Of a stretch of DNA of 64,000 nucleotides, positions 57,916-64,000 are shown piece by piece. The position numbers were made by a program, and so were the translations under genes. The DNA lies in the NCBI GenBank assembly GCA_050178035.1, contig JBFXGK010000019.1, forward strand, positions 54-64,053, read 5' to 3'. Position 1 is the stretch's first letter. The number at the start of each line of letters is the position of its first letter. This DNA comes from Kiritimatiellia bacterium. Lineage in GTDB: Bacteria; Verrucomicrobiota; Kiritimatiellia; JAKQHR01. The notes under the pieces are model-generated. The model saw only the letters and a list, made by a program, of their open reading frames with translations, searched no databases and was not told the origin of the DNA.

Positions 57916-58625
57916 TGAAAAAATGGATTCTCATCATGCTGTTCCTGGCGGCAGTTTCCGCCAGCGCCTATGACGACGGCGACAACCAGATATGGCTGAA
58001 GCTCGGCCTTTCCGGCAAGCTGGCCTCGAATGTCACCGTCAAAGCCGAAAGCGAATTCCGCTACGGCGACGATGCCAGCGAATTCTATGAACAGTACACC
58101 CTGCTCGGCGCCGACTACACCGCCACGGACTGGCTGAAGATCGGCCTGGCCCACCAGGAAATCGCCAGCCTGAAGCAGACCGCCAACTGGTCACAGAAGA
58201 TCACGGATGGAGCGGAATCCTATTCCAAAGTCAGCGACACCTACTGGACCCAGGAGGAGCGCCCGACGCTTGACATCACCCTGAACGACAAGCTGGCTGG
58301 CTGGGGCCTGGAAGACCGCGTCCGCGTGGAATACCGCATGAAAGAAAACGAGGATGAATACTTCCGTTACCGGAACCGCATCAAGGTCAAAACCCCGTGG
58401 AAGTGGACCTCGCTGGGAATCAATCCCTATGTTGCGTGGGAAGCCTACTACAGCGACAAGGATGTTGATCCCGACTGGGACCGCCACCGTTACTATGCGG
58501 GAGCCGCCTTCAAGGTTTACAAGGCCATAAAGGCAGATGCGTATTACTGCCTGCAGCAGGATCTCAAGGCCGGCGACTGGACAGACGTCAATGTGGCCGG
58601 CATCGGAATAAGCGCCGCGTTCTAA
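57915..58625 (+). CDS. Outer-membrane beta-barrel protein (DUF2490-like) embedded in the pst operon
   Basis: Signal peptide. Alternating-hydrophobic strands. C-terminal aromatic (AAF). Confidence 0.5.
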   Translation: MKKWILIMLFLAAVSASAYDDGDNQIWLKLGLSGKLASNVTVKAESEFRYGDDASEFYEQYTLLGADYTATDWLKIGLAHQEIASLKQTANWSQKITDGAESYSKVSDTYWTQEERPTLDITLNDKLAGWGLEDRVRVEYRMKENEDEYFRYRNRIKVKTPWKWTSLGINPYVAWEAYYSDKDVDPDWDRHRYYAGAAFKVYKAIKADAYYCLQQDLKAGDWTDVNVAGIGISAAF

Positions 58626-58632
58626 GGAAAAC

Positions 58633-59523
58633 ATGATGCCGGGACGCATAGCCAGGGATATTGTCGCGCGGAAAACATTCTTCGCGCTGACCCTGGCTGT
58701 GTGTCTGCTGGCCCTGCCGCTGGCGGTCAGCCTTTTCGTCAAGTCGCTCCCCGTGCTGAAGAGCGCCCCGCTTGCATCCATTCTGTTCTCCACCGAGTGG
58801 CAGCCCATGCAGGGCAAGTTTGGCATGCTGGCGTTTTTCATGGGAACGGTGACGGTCACGGCGCTGGCCATGCTGATTGCCGTTCCCGTTTCGCTCCTGG
58901 CCGCGATCTGGCTCTCCGAATACGCATCCAGCCGGCTGCGGAACGTTCTGCTCCCGATGATTGATCTGCTGAGCGGAATTCCGTCGGTGATCTACGGCGT
59001 ATGGGGCATCATCATTCTGGTTCCTTCGGTGCGCTGGCTTTCCCATCGGTTCGGCGCATGGTCCAGCGGCTACTGCCTGCTGTCCGGCGCGCTGGTGCTC
59101 GCCGTGATGATCAGCCCGTTCATCATCCATGTCGCCCGCGAGGTCCTTTCAACGGTGTCCTTCGGCATCCGCGACGCCTCGCTCGCGCTGGGCGCCACCA
59201 AATGGCAGACCATCAAACTGACCGTGCTCCGCAAGGCTTTGCCGGGCATCGTGGCGGCGGTCATTCTCGGACTCTCCCGCGCGCTCGGTGAAACCATTGC
59301 CGTGCTGATGGTCATCGGCAATGTGCCCATGATTCCCAAGTCGCTTTTTGACCCTGTCTATCCCCTGCCCGCCCTGCTGGCCAATAATTACGGGGAAATG
59401 ATGTCCATCCCGCTCTATGATTCCGCCCTTCTGCTGTCGGGCTTCATCCTGCTGGTCACGGTGCTGGCGTCCAATCTCGTCGCCAAGGGCATCCTGCGCG
59501 CCATGCAAAGGGGGCAGATATGA
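58633..59523 (+). CDS. pstC: Phosphate ABC transporter permease
   Basis: Six TM helices and the EAA-like loop characteristic of PstC. Confidence 0.85.
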   Translation: MMPGRIARDIVARKTFFALTLAVCLLALPLAVSLFVKSLPVLKSAPLASILFSTEWQPMQGKFGMLAFFMGTVTVTALAMLIAVPVSLLAAIWLSEYASSRLRNVLLPMIDLLSGIPSVIYGVWGIIILVPSVRWLSHRFGAWSSGYCLLSGALVLAVMISPFIIHVAREVLSTVSFGIRDASLALGATKWQTIKLTVLRKALPGIVAAVILGLSRALGETIAVLMVIGNVPMIPKSLFDPVYPLPALLANNYGEMMSIPLYDSALLLSGFILLVTVLASNLVAKGILRAMQRGQI

Positions 59524-60386
59524 AGTTGTCCAATCTCGCCGCGAGAAAACTTGAAGAAAGAATATTCAAGGCCCTGATGTATTTATCGGTGGCCCTCGTC
59601 TTGGGCACCCTCCTGCTGATCGTCGGCATCATCATCGCCAAAGGCGTGCCGTCGCTCAGCATCCAGATGCTGACCCAGACGCCCAAGGGCGGCTACTATC
59701 TCGGCAAGGAAGGCGGCATCCTGAACGCGATCATCGGATCGATCTATCTCGCGTCCGGAGCCACCCTGCTGGCCCTGATGGTCAGCCTGCCGGTGAGCCT
59801 CTATATAAATGTCTACACGCGCAACAACTCCAGACTCGCCTCGCTGGTTCGTTTCAGCATGGACATCCTCTGGGGCATCCCGTCCATCGTCTACGGCGCC
59901 TTTGGCTTTATCATCATGATCTCCCTCGGCCTGCGCGCCTCGCTCGGAGCGGCCATCATCGCGGTGGCCCTGTTCGAACTCCCCATCATGGTCCGCGCCA
60001 TGGATGAAGTGCTGAAAATGATCCCGCAGGAACTGGCCGAAGCCTCCTACAGCCTCGGCGCCACCCGCACCGAAACCGCTTTCCGCGTGATCGTCCGGCA
60101 GGCCGTTCCGGGACTTATCACCGGCGGGCTGATGGCCTTCGGGCGCGGCATTGGCGACACGGCCTCCGTCCTCTTCACCGCTGGATTCACCGACCGTATC
60201 CCCACTTCGCTCTCGCAGCCGGCCGCCACGCTTCCGCTGGCCATTTTCTTCCAGCTCGGCACACCCTTCCCCGAAGTGCAGGGCCGCGCCTATGCGGCGG
60301 CCACCGTGCTGACCGTCATGGTGCTGGTCATCAGCCTGACGGCCCGGCTGATCGCGCACCGTTATTCAAAATGCATCACACACTAG
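59520..60386 (+). CDS. pstA: Phosphate ABC transporter permease
   Basis: PstA-type permease with an EAA motif region (ELPIMVRAMDE...EASYSLGAT). Confidence 0.85.
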   Translation: MKLSNLAARKLEERIFKALMYLSVALVLGTLLLIVGIIIAKGVPSLSIQMLTQTPKGGYYLGKEGGILNAIIGSIYLASGATLLALMVSLPVSLYINVYTRNNSRLASLVRFSMDILWGIPSIVYGAFGFIIMISLGLRASLGAAIIAVALFELPIMVRAMDEVLKMIPQELAEASYSLGATRTETAFRVIVRQAVPGLITGGLMAFGRGIGDTASVLFTAGFTDRIPTSLSQPAATLPLAIFFQLGTPFPEVQGRAYAAATVLTVMVLVISLTARLIAHRYSKCITH

Positions 60387-60395
60387 GAATCACCT

Positions 60396-61154
60396 ATGAG
60401 CACACGCAACCTGAGCATCGAACATCTGAATGTCTGGTACGGACCGCGCCAAATCCTGCAGGATGTCACGCTGGACATCCCCGACCGCCAGATCACCGCG
60501 ATCATTGGGCCCTCCGGATGCGGAAAGACCACACTGATGCGCTGCCTCAACCGCCTGCTCGAAGTCAACACCGAGGCGCGAACCGAGGGGAAGATTCTGC
60601 TGGACGGGAAAAACATCTTCGATCCCGACACCGAAGTGACCTCGATCCGCAAAAAAATGGGCCTGCTCTCGCAGCGCCCGCAGGTGCTGCCAATGTCCAT
60701 CTACGACAATGTCGCCTACGGACTGCGCATCCACGGCCTGCGCAAAAAATCGGAACTGGACCGGCTCGTGGAGAAAAACCTCAGGGGCTGCAGTCTCTGG
60801 GACGAAGTGCACGACCGCCTCCACAGCCCCGCCACCGGTCTTTCCATCGGCCAGCAGCAGCGCCTGTGCCTTGCGCGCGGACTCGCGGTGGAACCGGAAA
60901 TCATACTGGGCGACGAGCCCACCTCGGCGCTCGATCCGCAGTCCAGCCAGAACATCGAGCAGCTCCTGGTGCAGTTGAAAAAGGACTACACCATCGTTCT
61001 GGTGACTCACATTCTGCGGCAGGCCAAGCGCATCGCGGATCATGTCGTGTTTCTCTACATGGGCAAAGTCATCGAAACCGGGCCCGCCGCCGAAGTGCTC
61101 AACAACCCGCGCGAAGACCTCACCAAGCGCTACATCGCCGGCGTCATCAGCTAA
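60396..61154 (+). CDS. pstB: Phosphate ABC transporter ATP-binding protein
   Basis: Walker A GPSGCGKTT, signature LSIGQQQR, Walker B ILGDEPTSALD. Confidence 0.9.
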   Translation: MSTRNLSIEHLNVWYGPRQILQDVTLDIPDRQITAIIGPSGCGKTTLMRCLNRLLEVNTEARTEGKILLDGKNIFDPDTEVTSIRKKMGLLSQRPQVLPMSIYDNVAYGLRIHGLRKKSELDRLVEKNLRGCSLWDEVHDRLHSPATGLSIGQQQRLCLARGLAVEPEIILGDEPTSALDPQSSQNIEQLLVQLKKDYTIVLVTHILRQAKRIADHVVFLYMGKVIETGPAAEVLNNPREDLTKRYIAGVIS

Positions 61155-61162
61155 ACAAAAAG

Positions 61163-61190
61163 GGCCGCGCAGATGCGCGGCCCTTTCGTC
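61163..61190. terminator. Bidirectional rho-independent terminator between pstB (+) and the serA-like gene (-)
   Basis: GGGCCGCGC-agat-GCGCGGCCC stem, flanked by an A-run (aaacaaaaa) 5' and TTTCGTCT 3'. Confidence 0.6.
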
Positions 61191-61208
61191 TCACATATGT
61201 CCGGCTTT

Positions 61209-62159
61209 TTATTTCACCGCATGCAGCGGCTTGCCGGTGCTCTTGTAGGCCTTCACGATGTTGATCACTTCTTCCGCAACCGCTTCCGAAGCCTGGTCCG
61301 TCGAGGCCCCGACGTGCGGCGTGGCGCCCATAACCATCGCGGCCAGCTCCGTGTCCGCAAAAGTCTTGTCCTGCGCCGCGGGTTCGTTTTCATAAACATC
61401 CAGGCCGACGCGCAGGCCCTTCTCTTTGATCGCAGTCTTCAGCGCGGCCGTATCCACCACCTCGCCGCGGGCGCAGTTGATGAAAATTGCGCCTTTTTTC
61501 ATGGCCGCAAAGAATTCCGCGTTGAAGAAATGCGCCGTGGCCGGAACCGCGGCAATATGCACGGTGACCACATCGGACTTCGCGGCCAGGTCCAGCTTCG
61601 TGGCGCAGTGCCCTACGCCCAGCGATGCGGCCTTCTCGGGGGTCAGGTCAATATCCCATGCGACGATGTTCATCTCCATGCCCTTCGCGCGGCTGGCGAC
61701 GGCCTTGCCGATCGCGCCCATGCCCATCACGCCCAGTGTGCGGCCCTTGAGCCCGCGCGCCTTGCCGTATTCCTTCTTGTTCCACACGCCGTTGCGCATG
61801 TCCGCCGTAGCGTTCACAATTCGGCGGTCGGCGGCAATCATCATGCCGATTGCAAGCTCGGCCACGGCATCGGTGTTTTTGCCGGGCGTGTTGCTCACAA
61901 AAACCCCCTTCGCCTTTGCGGCGGCGCAGTCAATCGTATTCACACCGGCGCCGGCGCGAATGATCACCTTCAGCGCTGATGCGGCTTCAATCACGGCTTT
62001 GGAAACCTTCGTCGAGCGCACGATGAGGATTTCCGCATCGCCGATCGCGGCGGGCAGGCCTTCCGCGCCCACATCGGGCTTTGAAATCACTTCCGCTCCC
62101 AGCGCGGTCAGCGCCTTGGAAGCCGTATCCGACAACTTGTCTGCAACCAGAATCTTCAT
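61209..62159 (-). CDS. D-isomer-specific 2-hydroxyacid dehydrogenase (short-form D-3-phosphoglycerate dehydrogenase-like)
   Basis: NAD-binding GMGAIG, catalytic R/E/H arrangement (NCARG...VDVYENEP) and a GGAGG RBS. Resembles SerA without the ACT domain. Confidence 0.75.
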   Translation of the reverse strand: MKILVADKLSDTASKALTALGAEVISKPDVGAEGLPAAIGDAEILIVRSTKVSKAVIEAASALKVIIRAGAGVNTIDCAAAKAKGVFVSNTPGKNTDAVAELAIGMMIAADRRIVNATADMRNGVWNKKEYGKARGLKGRTLGVMGMGAIGKAVASRAKGMEMNIVAWDIDLTPEKAASLGVGHCATKLDLAAKSDVVTVHIAAVPATAHFFNAEFFAAMKKGAIFINCARGEVVDTAALKTAIKEKGLRVGLDVYENEPAAQDKTFADTELAAMVMGATPHVGASTDQASEAVAEEVINIVKAYKSTGKPLHAVK

Positions 62160-62195
62160 TTCATTCCTCCGTTTTAATATTCACAATCCCGAAAC

Positions 62196-62325
62196 TTGCC
62201 GCCCTGTATAGCGGGAACACCCCGCCCCTGCAAGCCCGCGATTTTCCAATCATTGGAAATTCTGACTCGAAAAGTTCCAACCATTGGAAGTTTTTCAGGC
62301 AAAAGTTCCAATCATTGGAACTTTT
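62196..62325 (-). promoter_or_regulatory. Sigma70-type promoter (-35 TTGCAG / 17 nt / -10 TATACA) with three upstream TTCCAAT-n-ATTGGAA palindromes at 31-bp spacing
   Basis: On the - strand the -10 is 62205-62210 and the -35 is 62228-62233. Palindromes lie at 62244-62258, 62275-62289 (one mismatch) and 62306-62320. Confidence 0.55.
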
Positions 62326-62373
62326 GAGTTTCTGCCAAAAAGCGAAAACCTTGCAGGAACCATTTCTCCGGTT

Positions 62374-62889
62374 TCAACTGCGCTTCAGATAAAAGGAAAT
62401 CAGGTAAACCGCAACGGAAATCGCGATGTAACCGAATTCGACGCGGTTCTTTTTGGGCGCGTCCCCGCGCGAGTGCGTGATGTCCAGCACGGCCTGATGC
62501 AGCAGGAAAGTGTAGAGCACAAAATAGAGAAAGGGAATCACATGCACATGGATTGGATAGTCACCGATTTCCTTTTTGAACAGCGAAAGGATCCATCCGA
62601 TCTGCGTGTAGATTCCGAGGAGGCCCAGCCCGGCGTTGATAAACATCCATTTGACTTCGTCGCGGCCGAAGATGGCGAGATAGAATATCGTATAGACAAA
62701 AATTGCAATGCCGCCGTGCGCATACAGGAACGCCACCGGCGGGCCATTTTTGGCATAGGCCATGGCAAACCCCGACGCGCCAAACGCCAGCATGTGGATC
62801 AGGAAAAATGGATAAACCGAGTACCACGGGATTTCGGATCCCTGCGCATAGCGCCTGTTGTTCATCGTCATTTCGCTGTGAATTTTCAT
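62374..62889 (-). CDS. Hypothetical integral membrane protein
   Basis: 5-6 TM helices. Start chosen at MKIHSEM, which abuts the upstream stop. Confidence 0.45.
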   Translation of the reverse strand: MKIHSEMTMNNRRYAQGSEIPWYSVYPFFLIHMLAFGASGFAMAYAKNGPPVAFLYAHGGIAIFVYTIFYLAIFGRDEVKWMFINAGLGLLGIYTQIGWILSLFKKEIGDYPIHVHVIPFLYFVLYTFLLHQAVLDITHSRGDAPKKNRVEFGYIAISVAVYLISFYLKRS

Positions 62890-62893
62890 AGCT

Positions 62894-63625
62894 CTAAAAC
62901 GACAGCACGAGTCCGGCCACAGCATAATGGAACAGGGCAAAGGTGTACACCTCGTCGTTGTCGGCGCCGCCCTCCAGGATGCGATAGCCGGCCGTCAGCG
63001 CGAGGCGGGGACTGAAATCGTACCGCATCGCAAAAAGCACATCCTCCGCCCGCCCCTGCGGCGCGGCCAGCGCTTCGCCGTCAACCAGCAGATGAATTTT
63101 TTCAAAAGGCGTCCAGGTGACGCTGAAACTCAGCAGCGGAACAACGCCCGTGTTCTCCTTCTCTGATTCCATGCCGCCGCCTTCCAGTTTAATGGAGGCA
63201 TCGCGCACCTTGAGCGCCCCGCCGAAGCTGAATGTCCATTTGTCTGTTTCGCGGAAGATATAACGATAAATCAGGCGGTACGAGTCAAACCGGAAGGTGG
63301 CCTCAACCGGCGTTCCCGCGGGGAAGATGTCGCCATTGAAATCCGTATCACGGGCCAGCACCCCCTCGGCATCCATGGTCAGCGGGGCCGCCAGAAAACC
63401 GACCCAGTGCCTGTCCGCAAAGATGCATCCGTAACGGGCCCTGAAGGCGACGGTTTCATCGGCTTCCAGATCATCCGTCAGCGAAAACCTTGTGCCGGAA
63501 TCACCGGGAATGGCGGCATCGTTGTAGCCCGGAAAGACATAACCGGCCTCAAGGTCGAGAGTGTGCTGTCCGGACGAAGTGCAGGCCAGCCCGATCAGGC
63601 ATAAAAACGCAGCGACATTCCTCAT
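62894..63625 (-). CDS. Outer-membrane beta-barrel protein (hypothetical)
   Basis: Signal peptide MRNVAAFLCLIGLAC. Amphipathic strands. C-terminal LVLSF. Confidence 0.5.
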   Translation of the reverse strand: MRNVAAFLCLIGLACTSSGQHTLDLEAGYVFPGYNDAAIPGDSGTRFSLTDDLEADETVAFRARYGCIFADRHWVGFLAAPLTMDAEGVLARDTDFNGDIFPAGTPVEATFRFDSYRLIYRYIFRETDKWTFSFGGALKVRDASIKLEGGGMESEKENTGVVPLLSFSVTWTPFEKIHLLVDGEALAAPQGRAEDVLFAMRYDFSPRLALTAGYRILEGGADNDEVYTFALFHYAVAGLVLSF

Positions 63626-63684
63626 CTTTATCCTCACCCCTGCTGATTCCGGACGCGGTTTGTTCATTTCTCAAATCACCTTGT

Positions 63685-63744
63685 GCCGCCCTATGTATCC
63701 CGAACGCCACGCCCCTGCAAGCCCGCGATTTCCAATCACTGGAA
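63685..63744 (-). promoter_or_regulatory. Second copy of the TTGCAG-17-TACATA promoter with one TTCCAATcACTGGAA palindrome
   Basis: The sequence from 63684 to 63750 is ~85% identical to 62195-62260. The -10 is 63692-63697, the -35 is 63715-63720, the palindrome is 63730-63744. Confidence 0.5.
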
Positions 63745-63778
63745 ATTTCAAATGCAAAAAACCTTTTAGGGCTTTTGG

Positions 63779-64000
63779 CTATTTCACCGCGTTCAGGATT
63801 CCGCCCATGGTCAGGGCGCCGACGGCGGATAATATCAGCAGGATGATGGTCGGAGCGGCCCAGCGTTCCCATTCCGCATCGAAGGCGGCTTTCTGGTCGT
63901 CCGGTTTCCCGAAAACAGTGAGACCGACAAGTTCCCGCACCCCAACGCCCACCGCATTGAGCATGAACGCGGTGTTTGCTATTTTCGCAATCGGAGGCAT
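63779..64000 (-). CDS. C-terminal portion of a membrane protein whose 5' end lies beyond the window
   Basis: Open frame runs to the window edge. The ATG at the edge is probably coincidental. Hydrophobic TM-like segment present. Confidence 0.35.
   Translation of the reverse strand: MPPIAKIANTAFMLNAVGVGVRELVGLTVFGKPDDQKAAFDAEWERWAAPTIILLILSAVGALTMGGILNAVK

Noticed and set aside
59583-61043. Antisense - strand ORFs inside pstA/pstB (59583-60359, 60390-61043)
   Set aside because: pstA and pstB are unambiguous. The antisense frames are Gly/Arg/Asp-rich artefacts.
61173-62211. + strand ORFs (61173-61979, 61426-62211) opposite the serA-like gene
   Set aside because: The - strand ORF has the full 2-hydroxyacid dehydrogenase motif set and an RBS. 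The + frames lack features.
1-64000. PEP-CTERM sorting signals at C-termini of secreted proteins in the window
   Set aside because: C-termini of all secreted ORFs were checked (5810-6130, 6127-6660, 53125-53712, 57915-58625, 25362-27197, 10239-12605). None ends with PEP followed by a TM helix and an Arg-rich tail.
1-64000. CRISPR arrays, rRNA, integrase/transposase/IS elements, prophage genes
   Set aside because: No regularly spaced direct repeats with unique spacers. No tyrosine/serine recombinase, transposase or phage structural motifs were seen in any frame. No tRNA-like cloverleaf was evident in the short intergenic regions, but a proper tRNAscan was not possible.
63998-64000. ATG at the very end of the window as the true start of the 63779-64000 gene
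   Set aside because: The ORF is open to the window edge. The edge ATG is most likely an internal Met of a longer protein continuing beyond 64000.

Overview
High-GC (~60%) bacterial chromosomal window, probably Verrucomicrobia/Lentisphaerae/Kiritimatiellae-like (not assignable from sequence alone). Three blocks. (1) 1-4.9 kb: a purine/heteroaromatic molybdenum-hydroxylase cluster on the + strand (SsnA-like amidohydrolase, FAD subunit, [2Fe-2S] subunit, Mo-pterin large subunit) ending in a clean rho-independent terminator. (2) ~8-53 kb: one very large exopolysaccharide (EPS) locus, almost entirely on the - strand with many 1-4 nt (ATGA/TAATG) start/stop overlaps. It begins with an exosortase (motifs DPCSGxRS and NxxRI) plus a separate EpsI-like protein and gmhB. 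It contains a WbaP-type initiating phosphotransferase, four GT4 and one GT2 glycosyltransferases, a nucleotide-sugar dehydrogenase, a heparinase II/III-like protein, a fused MDR+Gfo/Idh/MocA oxidoreductase, a CapK-like adenylating enzyme with a DUF362 protein, a beta-helix secreted enzyme, Wzy, Wzx, two UDP-GlcNAc 2-epimerases, a pyruvyl transferase, a nitroreductase-family protein, methyltransferases, a MurB paralog, a GbsR/MarR-type regulator, a carbamoyltransferase flanked by SxtJ- and SxtK(DUF5989)-like small membrane proteins, an SGNH hydrolase, an O-antigen-ligase-TPR fusion, Wza, a fused Wzc BY-kinase and an outer-membrane beta-barrel. The central ~28-36 kb appears to be of lower GC, like a serotype-specific cassette. 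(3) 53.9-64 kb: a GHL10-like lipoprotein, an Rrf2 regulator leading a pstS-(OMP)-pstCAB phosphate transporter operon, a bidirectional terminator, a SerA-like dehydrogenase, and a membrane-protein/OM-barrel pair. Non-coding signals that the gene calls do not explain: a dispersed family of 10-11-bp phased T5-tract tandem repeats (predicted strongly curved DNA) at four intergenic sites; and two near-identical sigma70-type promoters (TTGCAG-17-TATACA / TACATA), each fused to a TTCCAATnATTGGAA palindromic operator (three copies at exact 31-bp spacing upstream of the serA-like gene, one upstream of the OM-barrel operon). No CRISPR array, rRNA, integrase or transposase was seen. No obvious tRNA, and no PEP-CTERM substrate within the window.
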